A stretch of 64,000 bases of DNA from contig CAVSTP010000002.1 in NCBI GenBank assembly GCA_963730935.1, positions 864,001 to 928,000 of the forward strand, given 5' to 3'. The notes under the pieces are model-generated. The model saw nothing but the letters and a program-made list of their open reading frames with translations. It had not been told where the DNA came from and did no database searches. Positions 51,982 to 63,300 of the stretch are shown piece after piece (the stretch's first letter is position 1; every line of letters starts with the position of its first letter). The translations under genes were made by a program, and so were the position numbers. This DNA is from an uncultured Nitrospiraceae bacterium. GTDB taxonomy: Bacteria; Nitrospirota; Nitrospiria; Nitrospirales; Nitrospiraceae.

Positions 51982-53098
51982 ATGAAAATTTTTTTTCTCA
52001 TTTGTTTGCTGAAAAGTGGAGGAGAAGAACGACAACTAGTCCTACTTTCCAAGGGGCTTAGAGAATGCGGCCACGAGGTCGTGATCACCCTTTTTTATTC
52101 GGGCGGGCCATTGGAGAAGGAACTGGCGAAAGCCAAGTACGGATCAGGCACTAAACAAACGGGGGCGGCGGAATCTGATCGGTTTTCTCGAAGGCTTAAT
52201 CCAAGGCTTGCGGGAGGAACAGCCGGATATTATGCATGGTTATCACTATGATCAAAACCTTGTACTCGCGCTCAAGTCATTCCCGCCCACTAAAAATCGT
52301 ATGGGGTATCCGATGCTCCAGATGGGCTTATCGAGAGAGCGAATGGCTAATCGACTGAGTTGCAAATTAAATTGTTGGTTGTCCGGGTTCCCCGATACCA
52401 TCATTGCCAATTCTCATGCCGGTGGCGAGTACCATCTATCTCATGGATTTCCAGCGGCGAAAATGATCGTGATTCAGAATGGTATCGATACGGATCGGTT
52501 TCGTCCGGATCTTGCGGCGCGAAACTGATACGATCGGAGTGGGGGGACCGCCAGAATGAAAAGCTTATCGGTTTCGTCGCGCGGCTGGACCCCATGAAGG
52601 ATCACCCAATCTTTATAGAGGCCGCGACGTTACTGGGGGAATAAACGGCGGGATATCCGCTTTGTGTGTGTTGGAGCCGGCCCCGATGAGTATCGCGCGA
52701 CCCTGCAGACACTTGCCAAGAGCTTAGGTTTGGAAAAGCGCCTAATCTGGGTAGGAATTCGCCAGGACATGCCCGCTTTTACAATGCCCTGGATATTGCC
52801 GTCAGCAGCTCGTAGGGCGAGGGATTTCCTAATGTCATTGGTGAGGCGATGGCCTGCGGAGTGCCCTGTGTCGTACAAACTTGGTGATTCGGCCTGGGTA
52901 GTGGGGGAGACTGGTGAGGTCGTCCCGCCCAAGGATCCTGTCGCGCTGAACAAAACCAATAAGAGGTTGGTTGATCAAAGCCCGCGCACTCCGGCTCAAA
53001 TTCGGCGGCGCATCCTGGAGCGATTGTCTGCTGAGACGTTGGTTGTCGAGACGGCGCGCGCGCTCCTCACGTTGCTCTGCGGATCCGCGACACCCTGA
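51982..53098 (+). pseudogene. GT4 glycosyltransferase, frameshifted
   Basis: GGEERQL, NGIDTDRF, ARLDPMKDH, EGFPNVIGEAMACG. Confidence 0.8.
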
Positions 53099-53191
53099 CG
53101 GGTGACGAGTCTCAAAACCTACGCTGCAAGCGGCTTCCTCGGGGATGCTATAAACTAAACATCTTTTAAGGAGTAGAAGGAGCAACCAACC

Positions 53192-54378
53192 ATGAGAATT
53201 CGTCGTTGCTTCAGGATCATCGTGTTGGGTGTGGCTGTCGTGCCATTTCTTGTGACGCCAACATCCTGGGCAGCTCAATCCTACACGATACAGGAATTAA
53301 CCGTTACAGATAGCATCAAAGCGGTTGGTCCAAACCTTTCCGGCCAGGCGGCTGTCCGGTCCGGATTTATCTCGGCCCATTCGTTTCGCTCAACGCGTGG
53401 TGCACAAGGACAGAACCAAGTGCAGAGCCAAGGAGCCCAGGAAGAGAACATTGGAAAGCTTCCCAACGGCGATCACACCACCGCACACGGGATCAACGAT
53501 GCGGGCACCGTCGTTGGTTCGGCAAATACCAGTTTTGGATCGTCAATGTCGTCCTAATATTCAGCCAACCGTAAAACCCGTCGACAGCATCGGGACAATC
53601 GAGGTCCCACCTTCCAGGAACTGCCCTATAAGCGCGGTGCATGCCGTGATCTGGATGAAGAGCGGGGGGCTGAGAGACCTAGGCACGTTGGCCGGGGACA
53701 CGGCCAGCGAAGCCTTCGGCATCAACAATTCTGGTGCTGTGGTCGGCTATTCAAGCGGTCCCAAAGGGGCCGGCGGTAGTGTGGGCACCAGATGGGGGAA
53801 CGATGCGAAATCTGGGCACATTGCCCGGCGGAAATAGCAGTAAAGCGTTTGGCATCAGTGATACTGGCCTCGTGGTAGGCGGTTCGGCGAGCCCTTTCGG
53901 GAATCGTGCCGTGCTGTGGAGCCGCGGTAGTATCCAGAATCTTGGTACGCTCCCCGGGGACATGACCAGCGAGGCATTTGCCATTAGCAATAACGGTAGC
54001 GTCGTCGGATATCTCGTGGCTTGGGCGGTGTACGGCATTTCTGTGGACGTCGTCGAAAGGGATGCAAAGCCTTTCCGCCTGCCCGGCGCTACCGTCACTC
54101 GAGCCTTGGGTCTGAATGAGCAAGGCGACGTAGTCGGCAGCTCAGGAAGCGGATTAGGCGATACAGGGAGTGGTCTCAGAGCTCGGGCGGTTCTGTGGAG
54201 TTCTGGCAAAGCGCCGCAAGACCTCAATACGCTTGTGCCCGTCCCTACCGGTGTTGTCTTGTTGGAAGCGGTTGGTATCAATGGAAGAGGACAAATCCTA
54301 GTCTTGGGTGGTGATGAAAAGAATGCACATGGATTTCACGAGGGCTCGAGCCGTGTGTTTTTGCTAACACCGAACTGA
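53192..54378 (+). pseudogene. Exported HAF-type repeat protein, frameshifted
   Basis: Repeats of LGTLPG..S.AF.I...G.VVG. Confidence 0.75.
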
Positions 54379-54454
54379 ACTCGAATGCCGCCTGGGAGAT
54401 TGATGAGGGACTCGAAGTGGCGTTGATGGCGAGAAGAGCAAGGAAATATCAACT

Positions 54455-56597
54455 ATGAAGAGACATGACATCTCTAGATTGTTGACCGCTCTTTTCATGA
54501 GCTGTCACATCTTTATTGGCTCCGCGCATGCACAAACACCATCTAGGTCGGCCAATGGGAGCTGGGGCCGATCTGGGATATTGCCCCGATTAATATGATG
54601 GTGGTCCCGAGCGGGAAGGTGATGTTTTGTCCCGGGAATACCATTAGTGGGGACGATGCCCGCATGTGGGATCCGACCACCAATACGCTGACCAGTCTGG
54701 CGAAGGCCGGGTACGATTTGTTCTGTGCCGGCCATGCCTTCCTCGCTGACGGGACTATCCTCGTCCCGGGCGGCAACCTGCTGACACCCTTCAACGGGTT
54801 GCCGTATGCCAGCATCTACAACCCGCTACGAATGTCTGGACCCGTCTGCCGGACATGAACGCCGCTCGCTGGTATCCCACCACCACCACCACTGCCCAGG
54901 GGGCAGCGCTGGTGATGACAGGCATGATCGATAGCGTGCAATTGGAAAATCCATTGCCTCAAGTCTGGGAACCCGGGAATGGGGACGTGGCGCAATCTCA
55001 CGAACGCGGTTCGGAAGATCTATAATTATTCGTGGGTATATTGGACCCCGTTCGGGAATGCCATTGTGGTTGGGCCCAATCCAACCACGAGCTATCTCGA
55101 TATCTCGGGGACCGGCGCTTGGACGATCGTCGACATCGTTCAATTTCCCCGTCATCCGGGATTACGGCTCGTCGGTCATGTACACCCCGTGGCAAAATTC
55201 TGATCGCCGGCGGCGGCCAGCCACCCACCAATACTGCTGAAATTATCAATCTGGATGGCGGGACCTGGCAATATACCAATCCCATGGCGTTCCCACGACG
55301 ACACATGAACATGACGCTGTTGCCGGACGACAACGTCCTTGTGACCGGTGGCACCAGCGGCGATGGATTCAACGATACGACGCAGCCCGTCTATGCAGCG
55401 GAAATGTGGAACATCTACACCAAAACCTGGACCACAATGGCCAGCCAGACCGTGGGGCGGTTCTACCATTCGAACGCCCTGCTTTTGCCGGATGGGCGAG
55501 TCCTCAGCGCCGGCGGGGACTTTGCCTATCAGACCGAAATTTATTCGCCGCCGTATCTCTTCAAGGGGCCACGGCCGACGATTACCTCCGCTCCTACCAG
55601 CGTCGATATTCGAAACGTTCTTCGTTGGGACGCCGGATAACATTGAAAATGTCAGGATTATTCGCTTACCGGCAGTCACACATGCCTTTGACCAGAACCA
55701 ACGGATCCTACTGTTGAGTTTTACCGCAGCCACAGGTGGGCTCAACTCACCGCGCCCACAAATCCCAACGAAGCTCCTATCGGCCATTACATGCTGTTTG
55801 TCCTGGGCAGCAATAACGTGCCGTCAGTGGCGAAGATCATACAGATCGGTGTCCCGGGAGGTTCCCCGCCGCCCCCGCCGCCGCCCCCTCCGCCGCCGCC
55901 CCCTCCGCCGCCCCCTCCGCCGCCCCCTCCACCGCCACCTCCTCCGCCGCCACCTCCTCCGCCTCCGCCGCCACCTCCTCCGCCCCCGCCGCCCCCTCCG
56001 CCCCCGCCCCCGCCGCCGCCCGACATCCCGGCGGCACCGAGCGGCCTAGGGACGACGTCCGGTCCAGTAGCCAGATCACTCTGACCTGGGTCGATAACTC
56101 GGGCAATGAGAGTGGTTTCAAGATAGAACGTAAAACCGGGACCGGCGCTTTTTCTCAGATAGCAACGGTCGCCGCTAACGTTACGACATACCTAAACAGT
56201 GGTCTGACACCCGCGACCAATTATTCCTATCGCGTGCGTGCAACGAACAGAGTGGAGACTCGACATATTCCAACACGGTGAGCGCAACGACATCGGGCAT
56301 CATAAACGTGGCAACTGCCGTTCTCGAAAGCGGTTTTGCCTATATATGTCACCCAGGATTTTGGAACCCCCGCGGATACTAATAGTGCTCCGACACGATC
56401 GGTGCTACGCATTTTTGAAAACGGTATCGAGCTGGCCCTGCACACTCGTCGCATGCGGCGATTCGCAGTACTGGGCGGGGCGGTTTAGCCATTGGCAGGA
56501 GCCAAGATCGTTCGATCTATATTTCTCGTCCTCTAATAACACGAATCCGAAGACCAATGGACGAACATACACATATCGGATCGGCACTCAGCCGTAG
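54455..56597 (+). pseudogene. Kelch/galactose-oxidase-like protein with polyproline linker and FN3, frameshifted
   Basis: DLFCAGH, RWYP, RFYHSNALLLPDGRV, YSPPYL, THAFD; PAAPSGL...LTWVDNSGNESGF...YSYRVRA. Confidence 0.8.
55866..56021 (+). repeat. (CCN)52 tract encoding 52 prolines
   Basis: Direct reading. Confidence 0.95.
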
Positions 56598-56772
56598 AAG
56601 GCTTTGGTCGGCTGGGCGCTGGGCCCATTGCGTCGTGGTGGGCAGACCTATCACTTGAAGGCTCCGCGCCCTCCAGTTCACAATCATCCAGACGGGATGA
56701 GGACGAGAACGTGGAGTAGCTTGTTGCTAGCAGTACCGATTTAGGAACGGCTCGTTCGCATAGGACACTTCA

Positions 56773-58002
56773 ATGGGATCAAATTATTATCACAAGGCCG
56801 TAGTCGTAGCTACTGTTGGCATTTTCTACACAGCTATCGACAATTACGTTTATGTGAATCTAGGATGGCAGCTACTTGAAGCCCCGAAACACTGGATGCT
56901 GTTGTTGTGCCTGGTATCATTGCCGATACTAATCACGCACATGACAACAGGGAAGCGGTTTGACTTGCCTGTCACAATCTGGTGCTTCGGATTTGCACTC
57001 CTGACAGTGGTGTGGTTTGTTCCGTCCTCGCAGTCGGACATGGCGTGGCAGGAAGTGCGATGGCGTTTCGTAGCGATTATCCAGCTCCTCACTTTTCTCA
57101 TGATATTCCGGGAACCGGGCTCGGCCAGATTCGCAAGAAAAACGCTGGTGGTCGCGGTGCTGTTTGGAGTGGCGCTCAATATTTATGAGGTGTTTGTTCC
57201 CCTATCCTTTAGCCATGTGATCGGCCGTTCAGCCGGTCTGTATGTCAATCCCAATATGGCGGGGGAAGCGTTGGTTCTGGGGATGATCCTCAGCGTCACC
57301 TTCTTAGCACCTCGATATCGAGTTCCTTTTGTTCTACTGACGGGGATAGGGATTCTTTCAACCTTCTCTCGCGCAGCCATTCTCACGTGGGTGATCGCCG
57401 TCGCCGGCCTCATACTCCTCGGCAGGCTCTCCGTGAGACACATTGTTACATCAAGCGTTGTGTGTCTTCTCCTGGCCACCTTTGTCTTATTGCCTCGGTG
57501 GGACCAGCTCCTTACGACGTGGGAAAGGACCGGCGTGCTCAATATCAACGTGCTGCAACGAATCGAGTGGCTCACCAATCCTGTCGGCGTCGTCGATCTG
57601 TCCCGCTGGGAGCGAGAATATGTGGCGAAACAAGCCTGGGACAAGATTGCGGAAAGTCCATTCATAGGGAGCGGGACAGGGTCCTCACGTGGGGCATACA
57701 CTGAGACGCATAACACGCATTTAGCGTTCATGCAGGACCATGGCCTCATTGGGGTACTGATTCTTCCCTTGTTCCTATTCGCTGCGACGTGGCGCGCTCG
57801 CGGAGAGACAAGATCGGTAGCCATCGTCTTTGGCTGCGTTATTGTGGTACTAAGCTTCTTCACGCACGAACTTTTTCATACGGGATACAACTTCATCGTT
57901 CTCTCCTTGATGGCCGCCATGAGTCGCGATGAAGGAACCCAAAGGACGGTTATCATGGAAAAGAAAGAATCGGTCGCCGCAAGAGTGTTGGCCCGCGCCT
58001 AA
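56773..58002 (+). CDS. O-antigen ligase/Wzy-like polymerase
   Basis: Multi-TM; NPN, STFSRA, SPFIGSG, HN...GLIG. Confidence 0.85.
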   Translation: MGSNYYHKAVVVATVGIFYTAIDNYVYVNLGWQLLEAPKHWMLLLCLVSLPILITHMTTGKRFDLPVTIWCFGFALLTVVWFVPSSQSDMAWQEVRWRFVAIIQLLTFLMIFREPGSARFARKTLVVAVLFGVALNIYEVFVPLSFSHVIGRSAGLYVNPNMAGEALVLGMILSVTFLAPRYRVPFVLLTGIGILSTFSRAAILTWVIAVAGLILLGRLSVRHIVTSSVVCLLLATFVLLPRWDQLLTTWERTGVLNINVLQRIEWLTNPVGVVDLSRWEREYVAKQAWDKIAESPFIGSGTGSSRGAYTETHNTHLAFMQDHGLIGVLILPLFLFAATWRARGETRSVAIVFGCVIVVLSFFTHELFHTGYNFIVLSLMAAMSRDEGTQRTVIMEKKESVAARVLARA

Positions 58003-58255
58003 GTTTCTTGCATTCTTTGACGTGTGGCCATTGAAAGGTTGCTGGCTCCTAGAACATACGGACCCGCTCAGATTCGGCAAGGAATCGTCTATCGGTTATC
58101 GGTCAGCAACTTGGTTGCCAATACGGAGTGCCGCCAAATGCGTTAGTCACATATCCGATGAACGATGTCCTGCAGTCAAAAGCGTTTGAGTCGACCGCGA
58201 GTGGGGATTAGTCAGAGCCTAACTTTCTCGAACGTCAACGTAGCAAGAAACTGTC

Positions 58256-59521
58256 ATGCCGATACGACGGTGGAGAAGCAACATATCCTTGATTCTTGTC
58301 GCACTTCTGGTCGGAATGCTGCTCGGTGAAATTGGATTACGCGCCATAGGCGTTTCCTATCCAATTTTTTCTCAGATAGATGGGGAGCTGGGCGCGTCGT
58401 TACGCCCGGGGGCATCAGGCTGGTACATGAGAGAAGGTCAATCATATGTCCAGATTAATAGTCGAGGGTTGCGTGACCGCGAACATGTCCTCTCAAAGCC
58501 GCCCCATACGCTTCGGATTGCAGTCCTAGGGGACTCATATGCTGAAGCCATACAGATACCTATGGAGGACGCATTTTGGTCGGTTGTTGAGCGCGAGATC
58601 AAAGGGTGTCCGATTTCTGCCGGTCGTGAGCCAGAGGTCATCAATTTCGGCGTATCAGGGTATGGTACGGCGCAGGAGTTGTTGATGTTTCGCCAGCGTG
58701 TATTGCTCTATTCTCCTGATATTGTCGTGCTGGCATTTGTTACTGGTAACGACATCCGGAACAATTCCCAAGTTCTGGAGAGAGAAAGCAGGAGACCCTT
58801 TTTTCTTTTTATCAATGGCCAGCTTATTCCGGACATGACATTTCGTGAGTCATTGGGCTTTCGTCTCCGAGAGACAGCCATCGCACGATGGATAAAGGGA
58901 ATATGGAATTCTTCTCGTATTTTTCAGACCCTCGACGAGGTCCTACGGATTGCCAAAGCACGCAGTGCACAGGTTCACCCACATAGTCTCAACATTAAAA
59001 GCGTCAACGCGACTGAAAAAGCTGATGAAGATCTTGCCGCTATGCACTGGGATGGTTATGGAGAAGCGGGGCTGGATGCGATGATATATGTTGAACCACG
59101 AAGTTCGGCCTGGAAGGAAGCGTGGAAAGTCACCGAGGGACTTCTTGTTTTGATGCGAGATGAGGTTATGGCAAAGGGTGCGGATTTCATGGTTGTGACC
59201 TTGAGCAATAGTCCTCAGGTCCACCCCGATCCGATGATGCGCCTAGCCTTTGAGAAGCGTTTGAACGTAGCGCATTTGTTCTATCCCGATATGCGGATTC
59301 GAGAGCTTGGAAAACGTGAAGGCTTTGCAGTTCTCAACTTGGCTCCGTTGTTCCAGGTTTATGCGGAGGAGCACAGGGTGTTTCTGCATGGTTTTGCCAA
59401 CTCCGGCATAGGGACTGGCCACTGGAATCAGGAGGGACATCGTCTCGCAGGCAAGCTGATCGCGGAGAAGCTGTGTTCGGACACACTTCGCAACAGACAC
59501 GGAGTCCCTGGCTCGATGTAG
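58256..59521 (+). CDS. SGNH/GDSL hydrolase-family protein
   Basis: LGDSYA, NFGVSGYG, GND, GHWNQEGH. Confidence 0.85.
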   Translation: MPIRRWRSNISLILVALLVGMLLGEIGLRAIGVSYPIFSQIDGELGASLRPGASGWYMREGQSYVQINSRGLRDREHVLSKPPHTLRIAVLGDSYAEAIQIPMEDAFWSVVEREIKGCPISAGREPEVINFGVSGYGTAQELLMFRQRVLLYSPDIVVLAFVTGNDIRNNSQVLERESRRPFFLFINGQLIPDMTFRESLGFRLRETAIARWIKGIWNSSRIFQTLDEVLRIAKARSAQVHPHSLNIKSVNATEKADEDLAAMHWDGYGEAGLDAMIYVEPRSSAWKEAWKVTEGLLVLMRDEVMAKGADFMVVTLSNSPQVHPDPMMRLAFEKRLNVAHLFYPDMRIRELGKREGFAVLNLAPLFQVYAEEHRVFLHGFANSGIGTGHWNQEGHRLAGKLIAEKLCSDTLRNRHGVPGSM

Positions 59522-59541
59522 GCGCGCCCCGTCCTCGGTAT

Positions 59542-60807
59542 TTATTGAACCCTGAGATTAATGGGAGGTTGGGGCGGCGTATGATCGGTTGAAGCCGGTT
59601 GAGTTTGGACAATATAGACATCCGTCCGTCCCCCTGCCGATCCCCAGTTGCTCGTCCAGGCGATCAAACTGCCATCCATACTGATATTGCCTTTCGGCTG
59701 GGCGTCATAGCTGCCATTCACGCGCGAATGATGATGGGCATAGCGCCGCACCGAGGCGCTGCCGTTCGTGGCCAGCAGGAAGGCTTCTTGGTCATGGGCC
59801 ACCAGCACGGTGCGGTAGGGATCGAAATAGCGCGTGACGAATACCCACTGATCTGGCCCGACTAGGGAGAAGTGTTCGCCATAATTCGACCCGAAAGGAT
59901 CGGAGCCGACCGGACCCAAATAGGTCACGGTGTTCGGCGTGGCGAGTTGCCGAGCGCACATGCGGCTGCCACTCCCGCAGCGGGACGCCACCATGCCGCT
60001 GCCCATGGCACGGTGGTTGAATGTTTCATTGGTAATGGCGGTTTGCGTAGGGCCAACCTGTAAATCCCACACTGACCCACCGCTATCGCGGAGTACGACG
60101 AGGTAGCGACCGGATTTATCGATTTCGACTTCGTTAATATCGCTGGCCACCTGATGGACCAGCACGGTGTTGGTACTGCGCCGATACGCGACATAGCCGC
60201 GTGTCCCGCCCCCTTCGTAGTGAAAGGCATGGACGTCATCATTATTGCTCACGCTGTTTTGCGTACAGTGATTGCCGCCGCCAATGATGCTGGAAAAGTC
60301 GCGGACCACGGTATTGGTCCATGTGGTGCTGGTACCGGATGGGATGGTGATTTCGTAGAGGATCGGCCCCCCGCAGGCGAAATATTTATTGGCCGTCGTG
60401 CGGCTCCATTGCGCCCCGTATTCCTGTAACCCTCCTGGGGGATTGGCCTGGATGCGTCCATTGCTGCGCGTTAACGTGGTGGCGTTGAAATCCCACACCT
60501 TGAGTCGGTTATAGCCGGAGAGGCAGACGGCGGCAGCTTTCGTATTGTTTACATTGAATGTCGGTGCATTGGAGTAGATCGTCCAGCAGTCGGTGGCTGA
60601 ATCGGTGCTGTCTGTCAGGCGCATGATGGTCGTCCCGAACACCGGGTCCACGATCTTGGCCCCGGCCTGCGGGAGCGATGGGGGAGAGGGCTCGGTATAC
60701 ATGTTTAAATCGGTCTTGATTGTCTGAGCAAAGGTTCCCGTACTGATCCACAGACTCGCTCCTAATAGAGCGATACAGAGTACGATGCGGAGTCCTTCGT
60801 GCATCAT
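59542..60807 (-). CDS. Exported beta-rich (propeller-like) hypothetical protein
   Basis: Signal peptide; DPVFGTTIMRLTD; ISMDGSLIAWTSNW. Confidence 0.75.
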   Translation of the reverse strand: MMHEGLRIVLCIALLGASLWISTGTFAQTIKTDLNMYTEPSPPSLPQAGAKIVDPVFGTTIMRLTDSTDSATDCWTIYSNAPTFNVNNTKAAAVCLSGYNRLKVWDFNATTLTRSNGRIQANPPGGLQEYGAQWSRTTANKYFACGGPILYEITIPSGTSTTWTNTVVRDFSSIIGGGNHCTQNSVSNNDDVHAFHYEGGGTRGYVAYRRSTNTVLVHQVASDINEVEIDKSGRYLVVLRDSGGSVWDLQVGPTQTAITNETFNHRAMGSGMVASRCGSGSRMCARQLATPNTVTYLGPVGSDPFGSNYGEHFSLVGPDQWVFVTRYFDPYRTVLVAHDQEAFLLATNGSASVRRYAHHHSRVNGSYDAQPKGNISMDGSLIAWTSNWGSAGGRTDVYIVQTQPASTDHTPPQPPINLRVQ

Positions 60808-61218
60808 CCGGACTAGTCTCCTCTACAATGCTCTATAAGTAATACTTCCACATTTCCCGATGCCGCCCAAGGCAGAAGATGTAAGACGACTTTGGGCTTG
60901 CAACCTGCATGCCAAGTAGGCACTGCAGCGGGAGGAGCTGCAATGTCGCTATTTAGTGTCCATATTATTTGGGATATGGAGCGATTCACCAGCATTCTGG
61001 TCAATCGTGAACACTGGATGGGAATGAATTTCAGGAAATACTGCGATAGACAAATTTGTTCGGGGCAAAGGGAGATGTCGACTGTATTGTCGTGGGTTGG
61101 AACATCATCGTCTCTTTTTCTTATATATGTTCTTATAAAGGGCTTGGGAGTCCTTGTCAGTAATGATATCTGCCGCTTCTGAGAAAACATCCTTCCAGAT
61201 CTTCCAGGCAGAGAGTCG

Positions 61219-62388
61219 TTGGACGAATGTCACCGACCTATTTCTATTTTGTTCTTGATCACCGGACTGATCGCTGACGGCGCCGAGAGAATGCTGTATC
61301 GGCTTATCTCCCGGATGGATAGAACGAGATTTGTCGTCACGGTCGTCAACATGGCCGATGTTGGCTCTCTCGGAGAACAGATACGGGCGGTGGGTGTCCC
61401 GCTCCGCTCATTGGGCATGAGCCCCGGCGTACCTAACCCGATGAGTTTTCTTCGGCTGGCTCGCTGGCTGAGACAGGATCCTCCTGATGTAATCCAAACG
61501 TGGATGTACCATGCCGACCTCGTCGGCGCCTTGGCGGCCAAGGTGGCTGGAGACATCCCGGTGGCATGGGGTATTCGCCATAGCGATCTAAGTAATCACG
61601 GCAGCCGGCGATTCACGATCCACACTATGAGGGTATGTGCCAAAGTGTCCAGGTGGCTTCCCGCGCGAATCGTCTGCTGCTCGCAAGCTTCTCAGCGGGT
61701 GCACACAGCGCTGGGCTATGCGTCCCAGAAAATGATCGTGATCCCTAATGGCTTCGATCTCCATGCGTTCAAGGCCGATCCGGCTGCACGCGAGTCGGTT
61801 CGGGCGGAACTGCAGATCCCGCCTGACGCGCCTCTTATAGGGTTGGTCGGTCGCTTTAACCCGCAAAAGGACCATCGTAATTTTGTGCGCGCTGCGGCAT
61901 TACTTCATCGCTCGCGGCCAGACGTCCATTTCCTGCTCTGCGGCGATGATATCACCTGGGAGAACGCGGAGTTGAGAGGGTGGATTGAGGAAGCGGGGAT
62001 AAGGAAGCAGTGCCGATTGTTCGGCAGGCGTAAAGACATGTCGCGTCTCACCGCCGCTCTTGATATTGCGGCTTCTTCGTCATCGTTTGGAGAAGGCTTT
62101 CCCAATGTGATAGGGGAAGCGATGGCATGTGGCGTGCCCTGTGCGGTCACGGACGTGGGGGATTCCGCGCTGATCGTGGGGCAGACGGGCCGGGTCGTGC
62201 CGCCTCAGAACCCGAAAGAGCTGGCGAAAGCCTTGCACGAGTTAGTGGAACTTGGGCGTGAAGGACGGACCCGGTTGGGAATGGCCGCTCGCCGTCGCAT
62301 CAAAGAGCATTTTGATTTGCCGGACATTGTAACGCGGTACCAGAACCTGTATCAGGAACTTGCGATGCTCGCGGGTGTTAGGATTTGA
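61219..62388 (+). CDS. GT4 glycosyltransferase
   Basis: QTWMYHAD, GRFNPQKDH, EGFPNVIGEAMACG. Confidence 0.92.
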   Translation: MDECHRPISILFLITGLIADGAERMLYRLISRMDRTRFVVTVVNMADVGSLGEQIRAVGVPLRSLGMSPGVPNPMSFLRLARWLRQDPPDVIQTWMYHADLVGALAAKVAGDIPVAWGIRHSDLSNHGSRRFTIHTMRVCAKVSRWLPARIVCCSQASQRVHTALGYASQKMIVIPNGFDLHAFKADPAARESVRAELQIPPDAPLIGLVGRFNPQKDHRNFVRAAALLHRSRPDVHFLLCGDDITWENAELRGWIEEAGIRKQCRLFGRRKDMSRLTAALDIAASSSSFGEGFPNVIGEAMACGVPCAVTDVGDSALIVGQTGRVVPPQNPKELAKALHELVELGREGRTRLGMAARRRIKEHFDLPDIVTRYQNLYQELAMLAGVRI

Positions 62389-62390
62389 AC

Positions 62391-63300
62391 ATGTGTGTGC
62401 ATGTTAACTATCTCTATCTCTTGAGCAAAGCGACATTCGACTCACCGTCAAGGTGGCCCGGTGATTCTGGATTATGGTTGTGGCAGCGGCGAACTCATTG
62501 AGGAAGGGAGACAGAGCGGGAATCCAAATCTATGGTGCCGAAATCTTCTACGAAGGAGACACCGGCCGGCATGAAATCGAGAAAAAAGGATGGTTCGGCA
62601 CAATCGTAAGGGAAATAGAAAACGGCGTAATTCCATTTCATGATGATTTTTTCGATATGGTAATCAGTAACCATGGTAGTTGAACATATTGAAAATTTGG
62701 ATGGAGTACCCTTTACGAGATTCATTCGCATCTTAAAACCCGGGGGAACATTTTTGTGCTTGTTTCCGACCAAGGAAAGGATCAGAGAAGGACATTGCGG
62801 CCTTCCATTTATTCACTGGTTTCCAAAACGGTCGAAGCTCAGGTTTTATTATGCCGTCGCGTTGAGAAAAATTGGGTTTGGATACCACAAAGGAGACAAA
62901 TCCGCATCACAATGGGCGAGCGATTTTCTCCAATGGTTGGATGCCTTTACGTATTACCGAGACCGGGCAATCCATCTGTGGCGAATTTAAGAGATATTTT
63001 GTAATTTCCTTAATTGAACATGATTACATCATTTTTCGTCTGAACAGGCATGGATGGAGTTTCTTGTCCCGCATCTTTCAATTGCCTTTGATCCGACCGC
63101 TCGGTTGCCATCTGTTTCGTCGGCTGGCCGGGCTCGTCATCTTAGCCCGCAAGGGAGAGCATCCCGACCGGAGCCTGATGACCGGAAAACGGCAGGAAGT
63201 GTTCGGCAGCATCGCTTCTTCACCGGCGCAAGTGAAAAACTTCCAAGACCTCCCCTTTAAGCACGATTCCAAAAACGGCTATTTATTGAGAGGCATATTC
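62391..63300 (+). pseudogene. SAM methyltransferase, frameshifted (bounds approximate)
   Basis: ILDYGCGSG; FDMVISN; RILKPGG; REGHCG. Confidence 0.7.

Noticed and set aside
55787..56026. Poly-glycine ORF
   Set aside because: Antisense of the polyproline tract
60813..61190. ORFs on both strands before the GT4 gene
   Set aside because: No motifs or clear SD; probably intergenic
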